Source: Eledone cirrhosa (taxonomy: Eukaryota). Taken from it: 64,000 nucleotides of DNA. Of the stretch, positions 1 through 15,000 are shown in pieces; position 1 is the first letter of the stretch; every line of letters begins with the position of its first letter. Below the pieces are notes generated by a model. That model did not search any database. It had not been told where the DNA came from and worked only from the letters and a program-made list of their open reading frames with translations. The DNA lies in NCBI GenBank assembly GCA_964016885.1, contig OZ024763.1, positions 22,878,001-22,942,000 of the forward strand. The letters are read 5' to 3'. Made by a program: the position numbers and the translations under genes.

Positions 1-3000
1 TACTGGCCTAATACACTGGGGTAGACTTAATCCACTTTCCCCTTCCACCAAACTACTGGCCTAATACACTGGGGTAGACTTAATCCACTTTCCCCTTCCA
101 CCAAACTACTGGCCTAATACACTGGGGTAGACTTAATCCACTTTCCCCTTCCACCAAACTACTGGCCTAATACACTGGGGTAGACTTAATCCACTTTCCC
201 CTTCCACCAAACTACTGGCCTAATACACTGGGGTAGACTTAATCCACTTTCCCCTTCCACCAAACTACTGGCCTAATACACTGGGGTAGACTTAATCCAC
301 TTTCCCCTTCCACCAAACTACTGGCCTAATACACTGGGGTAGACTTAATCCACTTTCCCCTTCCACCAAGTTACTGGCCTAATACACTGGGGTAGACTTA
401 ATCCACTTTCCCCTTCCACCAAACTACTGGCCTAATACACTGGGGTAGACTTAATCCACTTTCCCCTTCCACCAAACTACTGGCCTAATACACTGGGGTA
501 GACTTAATCCACTTTCCCCTTCCACCAAACTACTGGCCTAATACACTGGGGTAGACTTAATCCACTTTCCCCTTCCACCAAACTACTGGCCTAATACACT
601 GGGGTAGACTTAATCCACTTTCCCCTTCCACCAAACTACTGGCCTAATACACTGGGGTAGACTTAATCCACTTTCCCCTTCCACCAAACTACTGGCCTAA
701 TACACTGGGGTAGACTTAATCCACTTTCCCCTTCCACCAAACTACTGGCCTAATACACTGGGGTAGACTTAATCCACTTTCCCCTTCCACCAAACTACTG
801 GCCTAATACACTGGGGTAGACTTAATCCACTTTCCCCTTCCACCAAACTACTGGCCTAATACACTGGGGTAGACTTAATCCACTTTCCCCTTCCACCAAG
901 TTACTGGCCTAATACACTGGGGTAGACTTAATCCACTTTCCCCTTCCACCAAACTACTGGCCTAATACACTGGGGTAGACTTAATCCACTTTCCCCTTCC
1001 ACCAAGTTACTGGCCTAATACACTGGGGTAGACTTAATCCACTTTCCCCTTCCACCAAACTACTGGCCTAATACACTGGGGTAGACTTAATCCACTTTCC
1101 CCTTCCACCAAACTACTGGCCTAATACACTGGGGTAGACTTAATCCACTTTCCCCTTCCACCAAGTTACTGGCCTAATACACTGGGGTAGACTTAATCCA
1201 CTTTCCCCTTCCACCAAACTACTGGCCTAATACACTGGGGTAGACTTAATCCACTTTCCCCTTCCACCAAACTACTGGCCTAATACACTGGGGTAGACTT
1301 AATCCACTTTCCCCTTCCACCAAACTACTGGCCTAATACACTGGGGTAGACTTAATCCACTTTCCCCTTCCACCAAGTTACTGGCCTAATACACTGGGGT
1401 AGACTTAATCCACTTTCCCCTTCCACCAAACTACTGGCCTAATACACTGGGGTAGACTTAATCCACTTTCACCTTCCACCAAACTACTGGCCTAATACAC
1501 TGGGGTAGACTTAATCCACTTTCCCCTTCCACCAAACTACTGGCCTAATACACTGGGGTAGACTTAATCCACTTTCCCCTTCCACCAAACTACTGGCCTA
1601 ATACACTGGGGTAGACTTAATCCACTTTCCCCTTCCACCAAACTACTGGCCTAATACACTGGGGTAGACTTAATCCACTTTCCCCTTCCACCAAACTACT
1701 GGCCTAATACACTGGGGTAGACTTAATCCACTTTCCCCTTCCACCAAACTACTGGCCTAATACACTGGGGTAGACTTAATCCACTTTCCCCTTCCACCAA
1801 ACTACTGGCCTAATACACTGGGGTAGACTTAATCCACTTTCCCCTTCCACCAAACTACTGGCCTAATACACTGGGGTAGACTTAATCCACTTTCCCCTTC
1901 CACCAAACTACTGGCCTAATACACTGGGGTAGACTTAATCCACTTTCCTCTTCCACCAAACTACTGGCCTAATACACTGCGGTAGACTTAATCCACTTTC
2001 ACCTTCCACCAAACTACTGGCCTAATACACTGGGGTAGACTTAATCCACTTTCCCCTTCCACCAAACTACTGGCCTAATACACTGGGGTAGACTTAATCC
2101 ACTTTCCCCTTCCACCAAACTACTGGCCTAATACACTGGGGTAGACTTAATCCACTTTCCCCTTCCACCAAACTACTGGCCTAATACACTGGGGTAGACT
2201 TAATCCACTTTCCCCTTCCACCAAACTACTGGCCTAATACACTGGGGTAGACTTAATCCACTTTCCCCTTCCACCAAACTACTGGCCTAATACACTGGGG
2301 TAGACTTAATCCACTTTCCCCTTCCACCAAACTACTGGCCTAATACACTGGGGTAGACTTAATCCACTTTCCCCTTCCACCAAACTACTGGCCTAATACA
2401 CTGGGGTAGACTTAATCCACTTTCCCCTTCCACCAAACTACTGGCCTAATACACTGCGGTAGACTTAATCCACTTTCCCCTTCCACCAAACTACTGGCCT
2501 AATACACTGGGGTAGACTTAATCCACTTTCCCCTTCCACCAAACTACTGGCCTAATACACTGGGGTAGACTTAATCCACTTTCCCCTTCCACCAAACTAC
2601 TGGCCTAATACACTGGGGTAGACTTAATCCACTTTCCCCTTCCACCAAACTACTGGCCTAATACACTGGGGTAGACTTAATCCACTTTCACCTTACAGCA
2701 AACTACTGGCCTAATACACTGGGGTAGACTTAATCCACTTTCACCTTACAGCAAACTACTGGCCTAATACACTGGGGTAGACTTAATCCACTTTCAGCTT
2801 CCACCAAACTACTGGCCTAATACACTGGGGTAGACTTAATCCACTTTCACCTTCCACCAAACTACTGGCCTAATACACTGGGGTAGACTTAATCCACTTT
2901 CCCCTTCCACCAAACTACTGGCCTAATACACTGGGGTAGACTTAATCCACTTTCACCTTACACCAAACTACTGGCCTAATACACTGGGGTAGACTTAATC

Positions 3001-6000
3001 CACTTTCCCCTTCCACCAAACTACTGGCCTAATACACTGGGGTAGACTTAATCCACTTTCACCTTACAGCAAACTACTGGCCTAATACACTGGGGTAGAC
3101 TTAATCCACTTTCAGCTTCCACCAAACTACTGGCCTAATACACTGGGGTAGACTTAATCCACTTTCACCTTCCACCAAACTACTGGCCTAATACACTGGG
3201 GTAGACTTAATCCACTTTCCCCTTCCACCAAACTACTGGCCTAATACACTGGGGTAGACTTAATCCACTTTCACCTTACACCAAACTACTGGCCTAATAC
3301 ACTGGGGTAGACTTAATCCACTTTCCCCTTCCACCAAACTACTGGCCTAATACACTGGGGTAGACTTAATCCACTTTCAGCTTCCACCAAACTACTGGCC
3401 TAATACACTGGGGTAGACTTAATCCACTTTCCCCTTCCACCAAACTACTGGCCTAATACACTGGGGTAGACTTAATCCACTTTCCCCTTCCACCAAACTA
3501 CTGGCCTAATACACTGGGGTAGACTTAATCCACTTTCACCTTACAGCAAACTACTGGCCTAATACACTGGGGTAGACTTAATCCACTTTCACCTTACAGC
3601 AAACTACTGGCCTAATACACTGGGGTAGACTTAATCCACTTTCAGCTTCCACCAAACTACTGGCCTAATACACTGGGGTAGACTTAATCCACTTTCACCT
3701 TCCACCAAACTACTGGCCTAATACACTGGGGTAGACTTAATCCACTTTCCCCTTCCACCAAACTACTGGCCTAATACACTGGGGTAGACTTAATCCACTT
3801 TCACCTTACACCAAACTACTGGCCTAATACACTGGGGTAGACTTAATCCACTTTCCCCTTCCACCAAACTACTGGCCTAATACACTGGGGTAGACTTAAT
3901 CCACTTTCCTCCTCCACCAAACTACTGGCCTAATACACTGGGGTAGACTTAATCCACTTTCCCCTTCCACCAAACTACTGGCCTAATACACTGGGGTAGA
4001 CTTAATCCACTTTCCCCTTCCACCAAACAACTGGCCTAATACACTGGGGTAGACTTAATCCACTTTCCCCTTCCACCAAACTACTGGCCTAATACACTGG
4101 GGTAGACTTAATCCACTTTCACCTTACACCAAACTACTGGCCTAATACACTGGGGTAGACTTAATCCACTTTCCTCTTCCATCAAACTACTGGCCTAATA
4201 CACTGGGGTAGACTTAATCCACTTTCCCCTTCCATCAAACTACTGGCCTAATGCACTGGGGTAGACTTAATCCACTTTCCTCTTCCACCAAACTACTGGC
4301 CTAATACACTGGGGTAGACTTAATCCACTTTCCTCTTCCACCAAACTACTGGCCTAATACACTGGGGTAGACTTAATCCACTTTCCTCTTCTACCAAACT
4401 ACTGGCCTAATACACTGGGGTAGACTTAATCCACTTTCCCCTTCCATCAAACTACTGGCCTAATGCACTGGGGTAGACTTAATCCACTTTCCTCTTCCAC
4501 CAGACTACTGGCCTAATACACTGGGGTAGACTTAATCCACTTTCCTCTTCCACCAAACTACTGGCCTAATACACTGGGGTAGACTTAATCCACTTTCCTC
4601 TTCCACCAAACTACTGGCCTAATACACTGGGGTAGACTTAATCCACTTTCCCCTTCCATCAAACTACTGGCCTAATGCACTGGGGTAGACTTAATCCACT
4701 TTCCTCTTCCACCAGACTACTGGCCTAATACACTGGGGTAGACTTAATCCACTTTCCTCTTCCACCAAACTACTGGCCTAATACACTGGGGTAGACTTAA
4801 TCTACTTTCCTCTTCCACCAAACTACTGGCCTAATACACTGGGGTAGACTTAATCCACTTTCCTCTTCTACCAAACTACTGGCCTAATACACTGGGGTAG
4901 ACTTAATCCACTTTCCTCTTCCACCAAACTACTGGCCTAATACACTGGGGTAGACTTAATCCACTTTCCTCTTCTACCAAACTACTGGCCTAATACACTG
5001 GGGTAGACTTAATCCACTTTCCCCTTCCATCAAACTACTGGCCTAATGCACTGGGGTAGACTTAATCCACTTTCCTCTTCCACCAGACTACTGGCCTAAT
5101 ACACTGGGGTAGACTTAATCCACTTTCCTCTTCCACCAAACTACTGGCCTAATACACTGGGGTAGACTTAATCCACTTTCCTCTTCCACCAGACTACTGG
5201 CCTAATACACTGGGGTAGACTTAATCCACTTTCCTCTTCCACCAAACTACTGGCCTAATACACTGGGGTAGACTTAATCTACTTTCCTCTTCCACCAAAC
5301 TACTGGCCTAATACACTGGGGTAGACTTAATCCACTTTCCTCTTCTACCAAACTACTGGCCTAATACACTGGGGTAGACTTAATCCACTTTCCTCTTCCA
5401 CCAAACTACTGGCCTAATACACTGGGGTAGACTTAATCCACTTTCCTCTTCTACCAAACTACTGGCCTAATACACTGGGGTAGACTTAATCCACTTTCCC
5501 CTTCCATCAAACTACTGGCCTAATGCACTGGGGTAGACTTAATCCACTTTCCTCTTCCACCAGACTACTGGCCTAATACACTGGGGTAGACTTAATCCAC
5601 TTTCCTCTTCCACCAAACTACTGGCCTAATACACTGGGGTAGACTTAATCCACTTTCCTCTTCCACCAGACTACTGGCCTAATACACTGGGGTAGACTTA
5701 ATCCACTTTCCCCTTCCATCAAACTACTGGCCTAATACACTGGGGTAGACTTAATCCACTTTCCTCTTCCACCAAACTACTGGCCTAATACACTGGGGTA
5801 GACTTAATCCACTTTCCTCCTCCACCAAACTACTGGCCTAATACACTGGGGTAGACTTAATCCACTTTCCTCCTCCACCAAACTACTGGCCTAATACACT
5901 GGGGTAGACTTAATCCACTTTCCTCCTCCACCAAACTACTGGCCTAATACACTGGGGTAGACTTAATCCACTTTCCTCCTCCACCAAACTACTGGCCTAA

Positions 6001-9000
6001 TACACTGGGGTAGACTTAATCCACTTTCCTCCTCCACCAAACTACTGGCCTAATACACTGGGGTAGACTTAATCCACTTTCCTCCTCCACCAAACTACTG
6101 GCCTAATACACTGGGGTAGACTTAATCCACTTTCCTCCTCCACCAAACTACTGGCCTAATACACTGGGGTAGACTTAATCCACTTTCCTCCTCCACCAAA
6201 CTACTGGCCTAATACACTGGGGTAGACTTAATCCACTTTCCTCCTCCACCAAACTACTGGCCTAATACACTGGGGTAGACTTAATCCACTTTCCTCCTCC
6301 ACCAAACTACTGGCCTAATACACTGGGGTAGACTTAATCCACTTTCCTCTTCCATCAAACTACTGGCCTAATACACTGGGGTAGACTTAATCCACTTTCC
6401 TCTTCCATCAAACTACTGGCCTAATACACTGGGGTAGACTTAATCCACTTTCCTCCTCCACCAAACTACTGGCCTAATACACTGGGGTAGACTTAATCCA
6501 CTTTCCTCCTCCACCAAACTACTGGCCTAATACACTGGGGTAGACTTAATCCACTTTCCTCTTCCACCAAACTACTGGCCTAATACACTGGGGTAGACTT
6601 AATCCACTTTCACCTTACACCAAACTACTGGCCTAATACACTGGGGTAGACTTAATCCACTTTCACCTTACACCAAACTACTGGCCTAATACACTGGGCT
6701 AGACTTAATCCACTTTCACCTTACACCAAACTACTGGCCTAATACACTGGGGTAGACTTAATCCACTTTCCTCCTCCACCAAACTACTGGCCTAATACAC
6801 TGGGGTAGACTTAATCCACTTTCCCCTTCCACCAAACTACTGGCCTAATACACTGGGGTAGACTTAATCCACTTTCACCTTACACCAAACTACTGGCCTA
6901 ATACACTGGGGTAGACTTAATCCACTTTCCTCTTCCACCAAACTACTGGCCTAATACACTGGGGTAGACTTAATCCACTTTCACCTTACACCAAACTACT
7001 GGCCTAATACACTGGGGTAGACTTAATCCACTTTCACCTTACACCAAACTACTGGCCTAATACACTGGGCTAGACTTAATCCACTTTCACCTTACACCAA
7101 ACTACTGGCCTAATACACTGGGGTAGACTTAATCCACTTTCCTCCTCCACCAAACTACTGGCCTAATACACTGGGGTAGACTTAATCCACTTTCCCCTTC
7201 CACCAAACTACTGGCCTAATACACTGGGGTAGACTTAATCCACTTTCACCTTACACCAAACTACTGGCCTAATACACTGGGGTAGACTTAATCCACTTTC
7301 CTCCTCCACCAAACTACTGTCCTAATACACTGGGGTAGACTTAATCCACTTTCACCTTACACCAAACTACTGGCCTAATACACTGGGGTAGACTTAATCC
7401 ACTTTCCTCCTCCACCAAACTACTGGCCTAATACACTGGGCTAGACTTAATCCACTTTCCTCCTCCACCAAACTACTGGCCTAATACACTGGGGTAGACT
7501 TAATCCACTTTCCCCTTCCACCAAACTACTGGCCTAATACACTGGGGTAGACTTAATCCACTTTCCTCCTCCACCAAACTACTGGCCTAATACACTGGGG
7601 TAGACTTAATCCACTTTCCCCTTCCACCAAACTACTGGCCTAATACACTGGGGTAGACTTAATCCACTTTCCTCCTCCACCAAACTACTGGCCTAATACA
7701 CTGGGGTAGACTTAATCCACTTTCCCCTTCCACCAAACTACTGGCCTAATACACTGGGGTAGACTTAATCCACTTTCCTCCTCCACCAAACTACTGGCCT
7801 AATACACTGGGGTAGACTTAATCCACTTTCCCCTTCCACCAAACTACTGGCCTAATACACTGGGGTAGACTTAATCCACTTTCCTCTTCCACCAAACTAC
7901 TGGCCTAATACACTGGGGTAGACTTAATCCACTTTCCTCTTCCACCAAACTACTGGCCTAATACACTGGGGTAGACTTAATCCACTTTCACCTTACACCA
8001 AACTACTGGCCTAATACACTGGGGTAGACTTAATCCACTTTCCCCTTCCACCAAACTACTGGCCTAATACACTGGGGTAGACTTAATCCACTTTCCTCTT
8101 CCACCAAACTACTGGCCTAATACACTGGGGTAGACTTAATCCACTTTCACCTTACACCAAACTACTGGCCTAATACACTGGGGTAGACTTAATCCACTTT
8201 CCCCTTCCACCAAACTACTGGCCTAATACACTGGGGTAGACTTAATCCACTTTCCCCTTCCACCAAACTACTGGCCTAATACACTGGGGTAGACTTAATC
8301 CACTTTCCTCTTCCATCAAACTACTGGCCTAATACACTGGGGTAGACTTAATCCACTTTCCCCTTCCACCAAACTACTGGCCTAATACACTGGGGTAGAC
8401 TTAATCCACTTTCCTCTTCCATCAAACTACTGGCCTAATACACTGGGGTAGACTTAATCCACTTTCACCTTACACCAAACTACTGGCCTAATACACTGGG
8501 GTAGACTTAATCCACTTTCCCCTTCCACCAAACTACTGGCCTAATACACTGGGGTAGACTTAATCCACTTTCCTCTTCCACCAAACTACTGGCCTAATAC
8601 ACTGGGGTAGACTTAATCCACTTTCCCCTTCCACCAAACTACTGGCCTAATACACTGGGGTAGACTTAATCCACTTTCCTCTTCCATCAAACTACTGGCC
8701 TAATACACTGGGGTAGACTTAATCCACTTTCCCCTTCCACCAAACTACTGGCCTAATACACTGGGGTAGACTTAATCCACTTTCCCCTTCCACCAAGTTA
8801 CTGGCCTAATACACTGGGGTAGACTTAATCCACTTTCCCCTTCCACCAAACTACTGGCCTAATACACTGGGGTAGACTTAATCCACTTTCCCCTTCCACC
8901 AAACTACTGGCCTAATACACTGGGGTAGACTTAATCCACTTTCCCCTTCCACCAAACTACTGGCCTAATACACTGGGGTAGACTTAATCCACTTTCCCCT

Positions 9001-12000
9001 TCCACCAAGTTACTGGCCTAATACACTGGGGTAGACTTAATCCACTTTCCCCTTCCACCAAACTACTGGCCTAATACACTGGGGTAGACTTAATCCACTT
9101 TCCCCTTCCACCAAACTACTGGCCTAATACACTGGGGTAGACTTAATCCACTTTCCCCTTCCACCAAACTACTGGCCTAATACACTGGGGTAGACTTAAT
9201 CCACTTTCCTCTTCCACCAAACTACTGGCCTAATACACTGGGGTAGACTTAATCCACTTTCCTCTTCCACCAAACTACTGGCCTAATACACTGGGGTAGA
9301 CTTAATCCACTTTCCCCTTCCACCAAACTACTGGCCTAATACACTGGGGTAGACTTAATCCACTTTCCCCTTCCACCAAGTTACTGGCCTAATACACTGG
9401 GGTAGACTTAATCCACTTTCCCCTTCCACCAAACTACTGGCCTAATACACTGGGGTAGACTTAATCCACTTTCCCCTTCCACCAAACTACTGGCCTAATA
9501 CACTGGGGTAGACTTAATCCACTTTCCTCTTCCACCAAACTACTGGCCTAATACACTGGGGTAGACTTAATCCACTTTCCCCTTCCACCAAACTACTGGC
9601 CTAATACACTGGGGTAGACTTAATCCACTTTCCCCTTCCACCAAGTTACTGGCCTAATACACTGGGGTAGACTTAATCCACTTTCCCCTTCCACCAAACT
9701 ACTGGCCTAATACACTGGGGTAGACTTAATCCACTTTCCCCTTCCACCAAACTACTGGCCTAATACACTGGGGTAGACTTAATCCACTTTCCCCTTCCAC
9801 CAAACTACTGGCCTAATACACTGGGGTAGACTTAATCCACTTTCCTCTTCCACCAAACTACTGGCCTAATACACTGGGGTAGACTTAATCCACTTTCCTC
9901 TTCCACCAAACTACTGGCCTAATACACTGGGGTAGACTTAATCCACTTTCCCCTTCCACCAAACTACTGGCCTAATACACTGGGGTAGACTTAATCCACT
10001 TTCCCCTTCCACCAAGTTACTGGCCTAATACACTGGGGTAGACTTAATCCACTTTCCCCTTCCACCAAACTACTGGCCTAATACACTGGGGTAGACTTAA
10101 TCCACTTTCCCCTTCCACCAAACTACTGGCCTAATACACTGGGGTAGACTTAATCCACTTTCCTCTTCCACCAAACTACTGGCCTAATACACTGGGGTAG
10201 ACTTAATCCACTTTCCCCTTCCACCAAACTACTGGCCTAATACACTGGGGTAGACTTAATCCACTTTCCCCTTCCACCAAGTTACTGGCCTAATACACTG
10301 GGGTAGACTTAATCCACTTTCCCCTTCCACCAAACTACTGGCCTAATACACTGGGGTAGACTTAATCCACTTTCCTCTTCCACCAAACTACTGGCCTAAT
10401 ACACTGGGGTAGACTTAATCCACTTTCCCCTTCCACCAAACTACTGGCCTAATACACTGGGGTAGACTTAATCCACTTTCCTCTTCCATCAAACTACTGG
10501 CCTAATACACTGGGGTAGACTTAATCCACTTTCCCCTTCCACCAAACTACTGGCCTAATACACTGGGGTAGACTTAATCCACTTTCCCCTTCCACCAAAC
10601 TACTGGCCTAATACACTGGGGTAGACTTAATCCACTTTCCCCTTCCACCAAGTTACTGGCCTAATACACTGGGGTAGACTTAATCCACTTTCCCCTTCCA
10701 CCAAACTACTGGCCTAATACACTGGGGTAGACTTAATCCACTTTCCCCTTCCACCAAACTACTGGCCTAATACACTGGGGTAGACTTAATCCACTTTCCC
10801 CTTCCACCAAACTACTGGCCTAATACACTGGGGTAGACTTAATCCACTTTCCCCTTCCACCAAACTACTGGCCTAATACACTGGGGTAGACTTAATCCAC
10901 TTTCCCCTTCCACCAAACTACTGGCCTAATACACTGGGGTAGACTTAATCCACTTTCCCCTTCCACCAAACTACTGGCCTAATACACTGGGGTAGACTTA
11001 ATCCACTTTCCCCTTCCACCAAACTACTGGCCTAATACACTGGGGTAGACTTAATCCACTTTCCCCTTCCACCAAGTTACTGGCCTAATACACTGGGGTA
11101 GACTTAATCCACTTTCCCCTTCCACCAAACTACTGTCCTAATACACTGGGGTAGACTTAATCCACTTTCCCCTTCCACCAAACTACTGGCCTAATACACT
11201 GGGGTAGACTTAATCCACTTTCCCCTTCCACCAAACTACTGGCCTAATACACTGGGGTAGACTTAATCCACTTTCCTCTTCCATCAAACTACTGGCCTAA
11301 TACACTGGGGTAGACTTAATCCACTTTCCTCTTCCATCAAACTACTGGCCTAATACACTGGGGTAGACTTAATCCACTTTCCTCTTCCACCAAACTACTG
11401 GCCTAATACACTGGGGTAGACTTAATCCACTTTCCCCTTCCACCAAACTACTGGCCTAATACACTGGGGTAGACTTAATCCACTTTCACCTTACACCAAA
11501 CTACTGGCCTAATACACTGGGGTAGACTTAATCCACTTTCCCCTTCCACCAAACTACTGGCCTAATACACTGGGGTAGACTTAATCCACTTTCCTCCTCC
11601 ACCAAACTACTGGCCTAATACACTGGGGTAGACTTAATCCACTTTCCTCCTCCACCAAACTACTGGCCTAATACACTGGGGTAGACTTAATCCACTTTCC
11701 CCTTCCACCAAACTACTGGCCTAATACACTGGGGTAGACTTAATCCACTTTCCCCTTCCACCAAACAACTGGCCTAATACACTGGGGTAGACTTAATCCA
11801 CTTTCCCCTTCCACCAAACTACTGGCCTAATTCACTGGGGTAGACTTAATCCACTTTCCCCTTCCACCAAACTACTGGCCTAATACACTGGGGTAGACTT
11901 AATCCACTTTCCTCCTCCACCAAACTACTGGCCTAATACACTGGGGTAGACTTAATCCACTTTCCCCTTCCACCAAACTACTGGCCTAATACACTGGGGT

Positions 12001-15000
12001 AGACTTAATCCACTTTCCTCCTCCACCAAACTACTGGCCTAATACACTGGGGTAGACTTAATCCACTTTCCCCTTCCATCAAACTACTGGCCTAATACAC
12101 TGGGGTAGACTTAATCCACTTTCCCCTTCCACCAAACTACTGGCCTAATACACTGGGGTAGACTTAATCCACTTTCCCCTTCCATCAAACTACTGGCCTA
12201 ATACACTGGGGTAGACTTAATCCACTTTCCCCTTCCATCAAACTACTGGCCTAATACACTGGGGTAGACTTAATCCACTTTCCTCCTCCACCAAACTACT
12301 GGCCTAATACACTGGGGTAGACTTAATCCACTTTCCCCTTCCACCAAACTACTGGCCTAATACACTGGGGTAGACTTAATCCACTTTCTCCTTCCACCAA
12401 ACTACTGGCCTAATACACTGGGGTAGACTTAATCCACTTTCCCCTTCCACCAAGCTACTGGCCTAATACACTGGGGTAGACTTAATCCACTTTCACCTTA
12501 CACCAAACTACTGGCCTAATACACTGGGGTAGACTTAATCCACTTTCCCCTTCCACCAAACTACTGTCCTAATACACTGGGATAGACTTAATCCACTTTC
12601 ACCTTACACCAAACTACTGGCCTAATACACTGGGGTAGACTTAATCCACTTTCCCCTTCCACCAAACTACTGTCCTAATACACTGGGATAGACTTAATCC
12701 ACTTTCACCTTACACCAAACTACTGGCCTAATACACTGGGGTAGACTTAATCCACTTTCCCCTTCCACCAAACTACTGGCCTAATACACTGGGGTAGACT
12801 TAATCCACTTTCCCCTTCCACCAAACTACTGGCCTAATACAATGGGGTAGACTTAATCCACTTTCCTCCTCCACCAAACTACTGGCCTAATACACTGGGG
12901 CAGACTTAATCCACTTTCCCCTTCCACCAAACTACTGGCCTAATACACTGGCGTAGACTTAATCCACTTTCCCCTTCCACCAAACAACTGGCCTAATACA
13001 CTGGGGTAGACTTAATCCACTTTCCCCTTCCACCAAACTACTGGCCTAATACACTGGGGTAGACTTAATCCACTTTCCCCTTCCACCAAACTACTGGCCT
13101 AATACAATGGGGTAGACTTAATCCACTTTCCTCCTCCACCAAACTACTGGCCTAATACACTGGGGTAGACTTAATCCACTTTCCCCTTCCACCAAGCTAC
13201 TGGCCTAATACACTGGGGTAGACTTAATCCACTTTCACCTTACACCAAACTACTGGCCTAATACACTGGGGTAGACTTAATCCACTTTCCCCTTCCACCA
13301 AACTACTGTCCTAATACACTGGGATAGACTTAATCCACTTTCCCCTTCCACCAAACTACTGGCCTAATACAATGGGGTAGACTTAATCCACTTTCCTCCT
13401 CCACCAAACTACTGGCCTAATACACTGGGGTAGACTTAATCCACTTTCCCCTTCCACCAAACTACTGGCCTAATACACTGGGGTAGACTTAATCCACTTT
13501 CACCTTACACCAAACTACTGGCCTAATACACTGGGGTAGACTTAATCCACTTTCCCCTTCCACCAAACTACTGGCCTAATACACTGGGGTAGACTTAATC
13601 CACTTTCACCTTACACCAAACTACTGGCCTAATACACTGGGGTAGACTTAATCCACTTTCCCCTTCCACCAAACTACTGGCCTAATACACTGGGGTAGAC
13701 TTAATCCACTTTCACCTTACACCAAACTACTGGCCTAATACACTGGGGTAGACTTAATCCACTTTCCCCTTCCACCAAACTACTGGCCTAATACACTGGG
13801 GTAGACTTAATCCACTTTCCTCTATCATCAAACTACTGGCCTAATACACTGGGGTAGACTTAATCCACTTTCCCCTTCCACCAAACTACTGGCCTAATAC
13901 ACTGGGGTAGACTTAATCCACTTTCCCCTTCCACCAAACTACTGGCCTAATACACTGGGGTAGACTTAATCCACTTTCCCCTTCCACCAAACTACTGGCC
14001 TAATACACTGGGGTAGACTTAATCCACTTTCCCCTTCCACCAAACTACTGGCCTAATACACTGGGGTAGACTTAATCCACTTTCCCCTTCCACCAAACTA
14101 CTGGCCTAATACACTGGGGTAGACTTAATCCACTTTCCCCTTCCACCAAACTACTGGCCTAATACACTGGGGTAGACTTAATCCACTTTCCCCTTCCACC
14201 AAACTACTGGCCTAATACACTGGGGTAGACTTAATCCACTTTCCCCTTCCACCAAACTACTGGCCTAATACACTGGGGTAGACTTAATCCACTTTCCCCT
14301 ACCACCAAACTACTGGCCTAATACACTGGGGTAGACTTAATCCACTTTCCTCTTCCATCAAACTACTGGCCTAATACACTGGGGTAGACTTAATCCACTT
14401 CCCCTTCCACCAAACTACTGGCCTAATACACTGGGGTAGACTTAATCCACTTTCCTCTTCCATCAAACTACTGGCCTAATACACTGGGGTAGACTTAATC
14501 CACTTTCCCCTTCCACCAAACTACTGGCCTAATACACTGGGGTAGACTTAATCCACTTTCCTCTTCCATCAAACTACTGGCCTAATACACTGGGGTAGAC
14601 TTAATCCACTTTCCCCTTCCACCAAACTACTGGCCTAATACACTGGGGTAGACTTAATCCACTTTCACCTTACACCAAACTACTGGCCTAATACACTGGG
14701 GTAGACTTAATCCACTTTCCCCTTCCACCAAACTACTGGCCTAATACACTGGGGTAGACTTAATCCACTTTCCTCCTCCCCCAAACTACTGGCCTAATAC
14801 ACTGGGGTAGACTTAATCCACTTTCCCCTTCCACCAAACTACTGGCCTAATACACTGGGGTAGACTTAATCCACTTTCCCCTTCCACCAAACAACTGGCC
14901 TAATACACTGGGGTAGACTTAATCCACTTTCCCCTTCCACCAAACTACTGGCCTAATACACTGGGGTAGACTTAATCCACTTTCACCTTACACCAAACTA